Positions 11,233 through 22,558 of a stretch of 40,132 nucleotides of DNA are shown piece by piece. The notes beneath the pieces are model-generated. The model saw only the letters and a list, made by a program, of their open reading frames with translations. It was not told where the DNA came from and made no database searches. The stretch spans positions 1 through 40,132 of the forward strand of contig VJWM01000360.1 of the NCBI GenBank assembly GCA_010909165.1. The letters are read 5' to 3'. The stretch's first letter is position 1; every line of letters begins with the position of its first letter. The translations under genes were made by a program, and so were the position numbers. The DNA comes from Anthoceros angustus. Its lineage: Eukaryota; Plantae; Anthocerotophyta.

Positions 11233-12040
11233 CTTGCACACAACAAAAATGTACTTGCGCTTCAGCTTTGTCACAAACTCCTCCACGTCAAGCATCGCGT
11301 GGTAGAGTTGTTCTTGTTACATGTTGCCCTTTCTTCTCCTACAAAACTTTTCCTAAGGACTCAAAGTACCATGCCTGGATGTGGTAGGCCTAACTACATG
11401 CATATTGGTGAGGAGCCTCCAATGTGCCGACATGGCGATGAGCGGCACTTGCTTGGAGATAGTCTAAATTCGGGGAGAGGATTCTTTGGTGAGAGGGAGG
11501 GAGCGCCACATGAGGAAGGCCCAGAGCTAAGGACGTCCCACCTCTCATGGACCCTTCTTGCAATTTGACCGATGCTCCTTCGAGAGGCACTTGCACGAGA
11601 CAATAGCATGATCAAGGCAACAGTGGAAGCGACGTGGCCTTGGCTCTTGCCGACTCACTCCTAAGCGCAAGGGAAGTGGAACCTCACAATGGTATCTTCC
11701 TCTCAATACATACTAGGCTCCAAACTCCAAGCAGCCCACCGTCCTTGACGACTTACAGCCACCTCACACCATATCTTTCGTTACAACAGAGTACAAGCTG
11801 GAATCTTAGCCATCATGCCCTCGCTCGACATCAAGACTCCACACAAAACCGTTGCTAGCTCTCTCCCATCCAAGCGCTCATCCAAAGCCAAGCACTTCAT
11901 CCCGCGGACGAGACCCTAACTTCGCTTTTGGTGCTTGTTACTTATTGGTGATACATAAAAGAGATACCTTATTTTTATTAAGTAAATCAATAACATCGAA
12001 TCAGATTTTATATGTTTGTATAAAATCCCCTCCCTTTAAG

Positions 12041-12230
12041 TGTCCGTAGGGCTGTGGGTATGGACCAGTGTCTTTGGTTCGTGAGGTACATACGGTTGTC
12101 GTAGGAATGTGGGTGTGGACTTATCTCTACTTCATAAAGATTATACGGTTGCCATAGGGCTGTGTGTATGGATTGATCCCTAGTTCATGAAGTTCACAGA
12201 GTTGCCGTAGAGTTGTGGATGTGGACTGGT
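12041..12230. repeat. Degenerate ~53-bp minisatellite x4 after R2 (representative copy; present in most units)
   Basis: The core 'tg(t/c)c(g/a)tag(g/a)..tgtg(g/t)(g/a)t(a/g)tgga' recurs at ~12046, 12101, 12154 and 12207. A single copy follows R1. Confidence 0.8.
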
Positions 12231-13045
12231 TTGTGGTTCGTCTGAAAAATCTCGATATGCGGTGAGGGAAAACGTGTTGAGGCGCATCCGTTGCTGGCGG
12301 CGCTCCTGCCCTAACTCACTCCTACAAGGGTAGCAAGAGCTCCATCCTCCTTCACTTCTCCCTAGCCTCCCCTCGTCAGATTCGAGCTCCCTCATCCTCC
12401 CCTCCACACCCCTTGCTTTCTTTGCTCTCGCTCAAGGGAACGTCTCGGATGGTCGTGAAATAACACCATAATACTATACACCGGTATATCAATTTAAACA
12501 CCTTGAAATTTTGGCTTTTTCTTTTTATGCTTTAGCTCGCTTAGCACCGTCGGGCACAAAATCATCAATTATGGGTGGCTCGATCGACTAAGATTACGAC
12601 AGACCAATTGCAAGCTAGACTTGCGGGCCTAGTCATGCATGACTAGGCCGCAATCTACTGCGACCGCCACTGAAATTGGCCGAGCCTGAGCGTGATATGA
12701 TCGTGGGGACACCGACGGGAGGTAGTTTTTGACTGGCAGAGCCTTAGCTTGGTGCATGCCAATCGAAGCTCAAGCTTCGCCCAAAAAGAAGACAAAGGAT
12801 CATTTGAATTGTCTAGAGCTGGCATCGAAATAGGTACAGCATAGTAGGGTTGCTTTTTTTCCAATTTTTAAATAAAAAAAATTATACCATATGCAAAATT
12901 ATGATGGGAACAAAACTGCCCAAAATAGTCTTAAAGAATCTCATGAGAAAAAAAAGAGATCGTCTTCTATACGTATCTAAGAAGTCTCAATTTGAGCTCT
13001 TTGAACTTAAGCTGAGGTTAAGCCGAGGTTTCTGCGCTTTACATG

Positions 13046-13456
13046 TCATGCTATACCATGTCTACGCTTGAATCCTAAGGCCCACCCATTTGAAAATATG
13101 AGAGCCCGTCTGTTCGCACTTCTTGGTAATTGCTCATAGAAAAATTTTCGCTGTTTACATATTTCAGCATCTTTTGCGGCTCCTCCCTTCTCGCCACAAA
13201 CCAATCATACAACTGTTTCTCAACTTCGGAGATGCACAAGGTCGCAAGCGTCTACGTTCTAAGTCGTGTTGTTTGACACTGGATAATCGTTCTTTCTTGA
13301 TGACTCGCTTGATGGTTGCCACCGAGACCTTCACTCGAAAATGGCTAGTGGCCCATTCACTTAGCGCCTTGTGAGTGATTAGCTTGTTAGCCTCTCGTGG
13401 GCTAAAATGTCTTTTTGTTGCATTTGCAATGTCACTCTTCTCTTGGTAGCTCTCAT
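13046..13456 (-). pseudogene. CENP-B/pogo-type double-HTH ORF, copy 1 (indels)
   Basis: ATG at 13456 and TGA at 13048-13046. Colinear with the 20409-20828 copy. Confidence 0.8.
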
Positions 13457-13466
13457 GCTTGCAAGT

Positions 13467-13912
13467 CTATTCAAAAGATTTTATTTGTAAGTACTGATTC
13501 CATAAAGAAGAAAGAAAAGAAGAATATCATAGAAAAACTAATATGAATGAATTCAAATACATATGGAAGTACTCACATGTACCCAAACTGCATAGTATAC
13601 ATGAAACAAAAAAGAAAAAATAGAAAAATTACACAAAATCTAATCTAAATAAATCATATATGGAAGTACTCACTCTTGGTGTGAAGTCATCATTCCCAAA
13701 TATATTTGCTGCACAGCAATGCATACATATATAGATCCAAAGTGACTCTTTTATCGATATCTACCCTCATATTTTGTATTTATCTCGATATTATGTGAAA
13801 AATTATATGAAGAAGGCGTTAGTCGTATTATATTGACATTTGATTTTTCCGATATGATATTGCCGAGTGTAAAAACTTCTTGTTACTTACTTGTTGTATG
13901 CCCATTCTTCTC
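13467..13912 (-). other. Predicted exon-intron block upstream of the HTH ORF (representative copy)
   Basis: Exons: 13912-13891 (22 nt), 13708-13674 (35 nt), 13587-13577 (11 nt). Introns: 13890-13709 GTAAGT..TGCAG, 13673-13588 GTGAGT..TGCAG, 13576-13467 GTGAGT..AATAG. All introns are AT-rich and two are strongly T-rich. Confidence 0.6.
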
Positions 13913-16900
13913 CTATAGAACTCTTCCTCAATGTAAGAGATTCAAGCATTTGCTACTCTAGTGGATAGAAGGCTCTCGGAAGGCCAATGGCCTCCTAGAT
14001 TAGATGAATAGTCTCACCACCGGACTATACAAGATAGACTCTATTGTGCTTATGACATAGGCAGCTAGATAGCTTATAGGTAGCTTTGCTAGTGTCATGG
14101 GTGTCATGTATAATCTCTTTATAGTAGAATATAAGAATACCCTAATTCTAGGTATATCTTGATATTCTAACACTTAAGACTTAAAGCGGTTGCAACAAGC
14201 CCGGCTATGGTAGGCCTAGCTAACTCTGAGCTCGACATCGCCTTGGGTCTTGCCATTTCACTCCTGAGCTCAAGGGAAGTGGAACCTCACAATGCTCTAT
14301 TTTTCTCAACACGCCCTTTGGTCTTGTCAATTCACTCGTAGAGCCTGATAACGATCTCTTCCTCTCAACACCGTGCTAGGCTCCAAGCAGCCCGCCGTCC
14401 TTGACAACTCGCAGGCCACCTCAGATGAGATGCTACTCTTTATTTACAACAGAGTAGAAGCCAGAATGCTAGCCATCCATGCCGTTCGCTATTGGCAACA
14501 AGACTCCACACAAAACCATTTCTAGCTCTCCCATCCAAGCGCCAAGCCTTGCTTGTCAAACTTCCACCCCAAGCTGCAAAGCGAAGCACTTCATCCCATG
14601 ACGAAACCCTATGCGGTGCTCGTCACTTTGGTAGTACACAATAGATATACCTTATTATTTTATTTAATAAATCAATAACATCGAATCAGATTTTATATAT
14701 TTCTATAAAATCCCTCCTTGTCGTCAGAGGGCTGTGTATGGATTGATCCCTAGTTCATGAAGTTCACAGAGTTGTGAGAGTTGTGGATGGTGGTTTGTGG
14801 TTCGTCGAAAAATCTCGATATGCTTGAGGGAAAGCGTGTTGAGGCGCATCCGTTGGCGGCGCTCGCCCTAACTCACTCCTACAAGGGTAGCAAGAGCTCC
14901 ATCCTCCTTCACTTCTCCCTAGCCTCCCCTCGTGTCAGTATTCGAGCTCCCTCATCCCTCCCCTCCACACCCCTTGCTTTTGCTCTCGCTCTAAAACGCA
15001 CAAAATCCATGCTCATGCTCTGCGGCTTGCACACAACAAAATGTACTTGCGCTTGACTTTGTCACAAACTCCTCCACGTCAAGCATCGCGTGGTAGAGTT
15101 GTTCTTGTTACATGTTGCCCTTTCTTCTCCTACAAAACTTTTCCTAAGGACTCAAAGTACCATGCCCGGATGTGGTAGGCCTAACTACATGCATATTGGT
15201 GAGGAGCCTCCAATGTGCCGACATGGCGATGAGCGGCACTTGCTTGGAGATAGTCTAAATTCGGGAGAGGATTCTTTGGTGAGAGGGAGGGCGCCTACAT
15301 GAGGAAGGCCCAGCTAAGGACGTCCCACCTCTCATGGACCCTTCTTGCAATTTGACACTGATGCTCCTTGCTGAGAGGCACTTGCCTGAGACAACAGCAT
15401 GATCAAGGCAACAGGTGGAAGCAGCACGTGGCCTTGGCTCTTGCCGACTCACTCCTAAGCGCAAGGGAAGTGGAACCTCACAATGGTATCTTCCTCTCAA
15501 TACATACTAGGCTCCAAACTCCAAGCAGCCCACCGTCCTTGACGACTTACAGGCCACCTCACACCATATGCTGCTCGTTACTTACAACAGAGTACAAGCT
15601 GGAATCTTAGCCATCATGCCCTCTGGCTACGACATCAAGACTCCACACAAAACCGTTGCTAGCTCTCTCCCATCCAAGCGCTCAGCCCCGCTTGTCAAAC
15701 TTCCACCCCAAGCTCCAAAGCGGCGCTTCATCCGCGGACGAGACCCTAACCCAGTTTTTGGCGGTGCTTGTTACTTATTAGTGATACATAAAGAGATACC
15801 TTATTTTATTAAGTAAATCAATAATATCGTCGAGATTTTATATGTTTGTATAAAATCCCTCCCTTTAAGTGTCCGTAGGGTGTGGGTATGGACCGTGTCT
15901 TTGGTTCGTGAGGTACATACGGTTGTCGAGGAATGTGGGTGTGGACTTATCTCTACTTCATAAAGATTATACGGTTGCCATAGGGCTGTGTATGGATTGA
16001 TCCCTAGTTCATGAAGTTCACGAGTTGTAGAGTTGTGGATGTGGGTGGTTTGTGGTTCGTCTGAAAAAATCTCGATATGCCGGTGAGGGAAAACGTGTTG
16101 AGGCGCATCCGTTGCTGGCGGCGCTCCTGCCCTAACTCACTCCTACAAGGGTAGCAAGAGCTCCATCCTCCTTCACTTCTCCCCTAGCCTCCCTCGCTGT
16201 CTGTATTCGAGCTCCCCTCATCCCCCCCTCCACACCCCCTTGCTTTCTTTGCTCTCGCTCAAGGGAACGTCTCAGATGGTCTGTGAAATAACACCATAAT
16301 ACTATACAGTCTGGTATATCAATTTAAACACCTTGAAATTTTGGCTTTTTTTCTTTTTTATGCTTTAGCTCCGCTTAGCACCCGTCGGGCACAAAATCAT
16401 CAATTATGGACTGGCTCGATCGACTAAGATTACGACAGACCAATTGCAAGCTAGACTTGCAGGCCTAGTCATGCATATGACTAGGCCGCAATCTATGCGA
16501 CCGCCACTGAAATTGGCCGAGCTGGCGTGATATGATCGTGGGGACACCGACGGAGGTAGTTTTGATCGCGAGCCTTAGCTTGGTGCATGCCAATCGGAGC
16601 TCAAGCTTCGCCCAAAAGAAGACAAAGGATCATTTGAATTGTCTAGAGTCGGCATCGAAATAGGTACTGACATAGTAGGGTTGCTTTGTTTTTTCCAATT
16701 TTAAATAAAAAATTATACCATATGCAAAATTATGATGGGAACAAAACTGCCCAAAATAGTCTTAAAGAATCTCATGAGAACAAAAGAGATCGTCTTCTAT
16801 CATTATCTAAGAAGTCTCAATTTGAGCTCTTTGAACTTAAGCTGAGGTTAAGCCCGAGGTTTTCTGCGCTTTACATGTCATGCTATACCATGTCTACGCT

Positions 16901-17317
16901 TGAATCCTAAGGCCCACCCATTTGAAAATATGAGAGCCCGTTTGTTCCGCACTTCTTGGTAATTGCTCATAGAAAAATTTTCTGTTTACATATTTCAGCA
17001 TCTTTTGCGGCTCCTCCCTTCTCGCCACAAAACCAATCATACAACTGTTTCTCAACTTCGTGAGATGCGCAAGGTCGCAAGCGTCTACGTTCTAAGTCGT
17101 GTTGTTTGACACTGGATAATACGTTCTTTCTTGATGACTCGCTTGATGGTTGCCAGAGACCTTCACTCGAAAATGGCTAGTGGCCCATTCACTTAGCGCC
17201 TTGTGAGTGATTAGCTTGTTAGCCTCTGTGGGCTAAAATGTCTTTTTGTTGCATTTGCAATGTCACTCTTCTCTTGGTAGCTCTCATGCTTGCAAGTCTA
17301 TTCAAAAGATTTTATTT
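13487..17317. repeat. Array unit, 3831 bp, with an extra ~270-bp module-C piece at ~14728-14990
   Basis: After R1 the sequence jumps to minisatellite copy 3 and module C, then returns to B at 'ctctcgctc|taaaacgcac'. Confidence 0.9.
16878..17287 (-). pseudogene. CENP-B/pogo-type double-HTH ORF, copy 2 (indels)
   Basis: Colinear with the 20409-20828 copy. Confidence 0.8.
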
Positions 17318-19939
17318 GTAAGTACTCGATTCCATAAAGAAGAAAGAAAAGAAGAATATCATAGAAAAACTAATATGAATGAATTCAAATACATATGGAA
17401 GTACTCACATGTACCCAAACTGTACAGTATACATGAAACAAAAAAAGAAAAAAATAGAAAAATTACACAAAATCTAATCTAAATAAATCATATATGGAAG
17501 TACTCACTCTTGGTGTGAAGTCATCATTCCCAAATATATTTGCTGCACAGCAATGCATACATATATAGATCCAAAGTGACTCTTTTATCGATATCTACCC
17601 TCATATTTTGTATTTATCTCGATATTATGTGAAAAAATTATATGAAGAAGACGTTAGTCGTATTATATTGACATTTGATTTTTTCCCTGATATGATATTG
17701 CCGAGTGTAAAAACTTCTTGTTACTTGTTGTATGCCCATTCTTCTCCTATAGAACTCTTCCTCAATGTAAGAGATTCAAGCATTTGCTACTCTAGTGGAT
17801 AGAAGGCTCTCGAGGCCAATGGCCTCCTAGATTAGATGAATAGTCTCACTACCGGACTATACAAGATAGACTCTATTGTGCTTATGACATAGACGCAGCT
17901 AGATAGCTTATAGGTAGCTTTGCTAGTGTCTGTAGGTGTCATGTATAATCTCTTTATAGTAGAATATAAGAATACCCTAATTCTAGGTATATCTTGATAT
18001 TCTAACACTTAAGACTTAAAGCAGCAGTTGCAACAAGCCTGGCTATGGTAGGCCTAGCTAACTACAGGCTCAGCACATCGCCTTGGGTCTTGCCATTTCA
18101 CTCCTGAGCTCAAGGGAAGTGGAACCTCACAATGCTTTATTTTTCTCAACATGCCCTTTGGTCTTGTCAATCCACTCGTAGAGCCTGATAACGATCTCTT
18201 CCTCTCAACACCGTGCTAGGCTCCAAGCAGCCCACCGTCCTTGACAACTCGCAGCCACCTCGGATGAGATGCTACTCTTTTATTTACAACGGAGTAGAAG
18301 CCGGAATGCTAGCCATCCATGCTGGCTATGGCAACAAGACTCCACACAAAACCATTTCTAGCTCTCCCATCCAAGCGCCAAGCCACCTTGTCAAACTTCC
18401 ACCCCAAGCTCCAAAGCGGCGCTTCATCCCAGACGAAACCCTATGCGGTGCTCGTCACTTTGGTAGTACACAATAGATATACCTTATTATTTTATTTAAT
18501 AAATCAATAACATCGAATCAGATTTTATATATTTCTATAAAATCCCTCCCTTTAAGTGTCCGTAGGTGGGTGTGGACTCGTCTCGCTCTAAACGCACAAA
18601 ATCCATGCTCATGCTCTGCTTGCACACAACAAAATGTACTTGCGCTTGACTTTGTCACAAACTCCTCCACGTCAAGCATCGCGTGGTAGAGTTGTTCTTG
18701 TTACATGTTGCCCTTTCTTCTCCTACAAAACTTTTCCTAAGGACTCAAAGTACCATGCCTAGATGTGGTAGGCCTAACTACATGCATGTTGGTAAGGAGC
18801 CTCCAATGTGCCGACATGGCGATGAGCGGCACTTGCTTGGAGATAGTTTAAATTCGGAGAGAGGATTCTTTGGTGAGAGGGAGGGAGCGCCTACATGAGG
18901 AAGGCCTAGAGCTAAAGGACGTCCCACCTCTCATGGACCCTTCTTGCAATTTGACACTGATGCTCCTTGCTGAGAGGCACTTGCCTGAGACAACAGCATG
19001 ATCAAGGCAACAGTGGAAGCGACGTGGCCTTGGCTCTTGCCGACTCACTCCTAAGCGCAAGGGAAGTGGAACCTCACAATGGTATCTTCCTCTCAATACA
19101 TACTAGGCTCCAAACTCCAAGCAGCCCACCGTCCTTGACGACTTACAGCCACCTCACACCATATCTTTTCGTTACTTACAGCAGTACAAGTGGAATCTTA
19201 GCCATCATGCCCTCGCTACGACATCAAGACTCCACACAAAACCGTTGCTAGCTCTCTCCCATCCAAGCGCTCATCCAAAGCCAAGCACTTCATCCATGGA
19301 CGAGACCCTAACTTCGCTTTTGGCGGTGCTTGTTACTTATTGGTGATACATAAAGAGATACCTTATTTTATTAAGTAAATCAATAATATCGTCGAGATTT
19401 TATATGTTTGTATAAAATCCTCCCTTTAAGTGTCCGAGGGTGTGGGTATGGACCAGTGTCTTTGGTTCGTGAGGTACATACGGTTGTCGAGGAATGTGGG
19501 TGTGGACTTATCTCTACTTCATAAAGATTATACGGTTGCCATAGGGCTGTGTGTATGGATTGATCCCTAGTTCATGAAGTTCACGAGTTGCCGTAGAGTT
19601 GTGGATGTGGTGGTTTGTGGTTCGTCGAAAAATCTCGATATGCCGGTGAGGAAAGCGTGTTGAGGCGCATCCGTTCTTGGCGGCGCTCACGCCTAACTCA
19701 CTCCTACAAGGGTAGCAAGAGCTCCATCCTCCTTCACTTCTCCCTAGCCTCCCCTCATCCTCCCCTCATCCCTCCCCTCCACACCCCTTGCTTTCTTTGC
19801 TCTCGCTCAAGGGAACGTCTCGGATGGTCGTGAAATAACACCATAATACTATACTCTGGTATATCAATTTAAACACCTTGAAATTTTGGCTTTTTCTTTT
19901 TATGCTTTAGCTCGCTTAGCACCGTCGGGCACAAAATCA

Positions 19940-20408
19940 TCAATTATGGGTGGCTCGATCGACTAAGATTACGACAGACCAATTGCAAGCTAGACTTGCG
20001 GGCCTAGTCATGCATATGACTAGGCCGCAATCTACCTACACCGACCGAAATTGGCCGAGCTGGCGTGATATGATCGTGGGGACACCGACGGAGGTAGTTT
20101 TGATGGCGAGCCTTAGCTTGGTGCATGCCAATCGAGCTCAAGCTTCGCCCAAAAGAAGACAAAGGATCATTTGAATTGTCTAGAGTCGCATCGAAATAGG
20201 TACAAGATAGTAGGGTTGCTTTGTTTTTTCCAATTTTAAATAAAAAATTATACCATATGCAAAATTATGATGGGAACAAAACTGCCCAAAATAGTCTTAA
20301 AGAATCTCATGAGAACAAAAGAGATCGTCTTCTATCGTATCTAAGAAGTCTCAATTTGAGCTCTTTGAACTTAAGCTGAGGTTAAGCCCGAGGTTTTCGC
20401 TTTACATG
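19940..20408 (-). pseudogene. Possible eroded pogo DDE_1 catalytic remnant downstream of the HTH stop (representative copy)
   Basis: EDDLFCSHEI at ~20311 resembles DIFNxDET. VILVDRATHN at ~19960 resembles LLVDNAxSH. The two motifs are ~116 codons apart. Multiple stops and frameshifts; by-eye only. Confidence 0.4.
20001..20026. other. 11-bp perfect inverted repeat with 4-nt loop in module C (in most units)
   Basis: ggcctagtcat-gcat-atgactaggcc. Also at 16462, ~23620, ~27194 and 33208. A perfect 24-bp palindrome at 12626-12649. Confidence 0.9.
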
Positions 20409-20828
20409 TCATGCTATACCATGTCTACGCTTGAATCCTAAGGCCCACCCATTTGAAAATATGAGAGCCCGTCATTCCGCACTTCTTGGTAATTGCTCAT
20501 AGAAAATTTTCGCCTGTTTACATATTTCAGCATCTTTTGCGGCTCCTCCCTTCTCTGCCACAAACCAATCATACAACTGTTTTTCAACTTCAGGAGATGC
20601 ACAAGGTCGCAAGCGTCTACGTTCTAAGTCGTGTTGTTTGACACTCTGGATAATACGTTCTTTCTTGATGACTCGCTTGATGGTTGCCACTGAGACCTTC
20701 ACTCGAAAATGGCTAGTGGCCCATTCACTTAGCGCCTTGTGAGTGATTAGCTTGTTAGCCTCTCTGTGGGCTAAAATGTCTTTTTTTTGTTGCATTTGCA
20801 ATGTCACTCTTCTCTTGGTAGCTCTCAT
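20409..20828 (-). CDS. CENP-B/pogo (Tigger, Abp1-like) N-terminal DNA-binding region, two HTH domains, ~139 aa consensus; best copy
   Basis: MRATKRRVTLQMQQKKDILAHREANKLITHKALSEWATSHFRVKVSVATIKRVIK resembles the CENP-B_N/HTH_ABP1_N type. RLRPCASPEVEKQLYDWF...EICKQAKIFY...FSNGWALGFKRRHGIA* resembles the HTH_Tnp_Tc5 type. This copy is open for 20472-20846; the C-terminus was read from the 27615 and 34460 copies. Confidence 0.85.
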
Positions 20829-21609
20829 GCTTGCAAGTCTATTCAAAAGATTTTATTTGTAAGTACTCGATTCCATAAAGAAGAAAGAAAAGAAGAATAT
20901 CATAGAAAAACTAATATGAATGAATTCAAATACATATGGAAGTACTCACATGTACCCAAAGCATAGTATACATGAAACAAAAAGAAAAAATAGAAAAATT
21001 ACACAAAATCTAATCTAAATAAATCATATATGGAAGTACTCACTCTTGGTGTGAAGTCATCATTCCCAAATATATTTGCTGCACAGCAATGCATACATAT
21101 ATAGATCCAAAGTGACTCTTTTATCGATATCTACCCTCATATTTTGTATTTATCTCGATATTATGTGAAAAATTATATGAAGAAGGCGTTAGTCGTATTA
21201 TATTGACATTTGATTTTTCCCGATATGATATTGCCGAGTGTAAAAACTTCTTGTTACTTACTTGTTGTATGCCCATTCTTCTCCTATAGAACTCTTCCTC
21301 AATGTAAGAGATTCAAGCATTTGCTACTCTAGTGGATAGAAGGCTCTCAGGCAGAAGGCCAATGGCCTCCTAGATTAGATGAATAGTCTCACTACCGGAC
21401 TATACAAGATAGACTCTATTGTGCTTATGACATAGACGCAGCTAGATAGCTTATAGGTAGCTTTGCTAGTGTCTGTAGGTGTCATGTATAATCTCTTTAT
21501 AGTAGAATATAAGAATACCCTAATTCTAGGTATATCTTGATATTCTAACACTTAAGACTTAAAGCGGTTGCAACAAGCACGGCTATGGTAGGCCTAGCTA
21601 ACTGTGCTC

Positions 21610-22079
21610 GACATCGCCTTGGGTCTTGCCATTTCACTCCGAGCTCAAGGGAAGTGGAACCTCACAATGCTTTATTTTTCTCAACATGCCCTTTGGTCTT
21701 GTCAATCCACTCGTAGAGCGATAACGATCTCTTCCTCTCAACACTGCTAGGCTCCAAGCAGCCCACCGTCCTTGACAACTCGCAGCCACCTCGGATGAGA
21801 TGCTACTCTTTTATTTACAACGGAGTAGAAGCGGAATGCTAGCCATCCATGCTGGCTATGGCAACAAGACTCCACACAAAACCATTTCTAGCTCTCCCAT
21901 CCAAGCGCCAAGCCCCGCTTGTCAAACTTCCACCCCAAGCTCCAAGCGCTTCATCCCACAGACGAAACCCTATGCGGTGCTCGTCACTTTGGTAGTACAC
22001 AATAGATATACCTTATTATTTTATTTAATAAATCAATAACATCGAATCAGATTTTATATATTTCTATAAAATCCCCTCC
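21610..22079 (+). repeat. Sub-repeat R1 (representative copy), coding-like
   Basis: Diverged copy of R2; a 75-nt block is 62/75 identical when compared using the 14234 copy. Reads DIALGLAISL..REVEPHNALFFS and YNGVEAGMLAIHAGYGNKTPHKT. Confidence 0.85.
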
Positions 22080-22558
22080 TTGTCGGTCGCTGTAGGGCTG
22101 TGGGTGTGGACTCGTCTCTCGTTCTAAAACGCACAAAATCCATGCTCATGCTATTGCAGCTGCTTGCACACAACAAAAATGTACTTGCGCTTCAGCTTTG
22201 TCACAAACTCCTCCACGTCAAGCATCGCGTGGTAGAGTTGTTCTTGTTACATGTTGCCCTTTCTTCTCCTACAAAACTTTTCCTAAGGACTCAAAGTACC
22301 ATGCCTGGATGTGGTAGGCCTAACTACATGCATATTGGTGAGGAGCCTCCAATGTGCCGACATGGCGATGGCGGCACTTGCTTGGAGATAGTCTAAATTG
22401 GGAGAGGATTCTTTGGTGAGAGGGAGGAGCGCCTACATGAGGAAGGCCCGAGCTAAGGACGTCCCACCTCTCATGGACCCTTCTTGCAATTTGACACCGA
22501 TGCTCCTTCGAGAGGCACTTGCACGAGACAATAGCATGATCAAGGCAACAGTGGAAGC

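Larger units (their letters stand above)
2601..13486. repeat. Array unit interrupted by the copia element
   Basis: A-R1-B start (2601-3828) resumes as B-R2-C-HTH (11233-13486). Length without the insertion is ~3.5 kb. Confidence 0.9.
17318..20858. repeat. Regular array unit, 3541 bp
   Basis: Complete A-R1-B-R2-minisatellite-C-HTH order. Confidence 0.92.

Noticed and set aside
12041-12230. CRISPR-like array (short repeats with ~53-bp period)
   Set aside because: The repeats are degenerate, the 'spacers' resemble each other and recur in every unit, there are no cas genes, and the context is eukaryotic.
17318-20858. Canonical 17-bp CENP-B box (TTCG....A..CGGG) in the unit
   Set aside because: TTCG and CCCG occurrences checked by eye do not fit the spacing. 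The scan was not exhaustive.
19800-20900. Intact autonomous pogo transposon with TIRs and TA TSD
   Set aside because: No matching terminal inverted repeats were found, there is a stop after the HTH in all copies, and no intact DDE triad.
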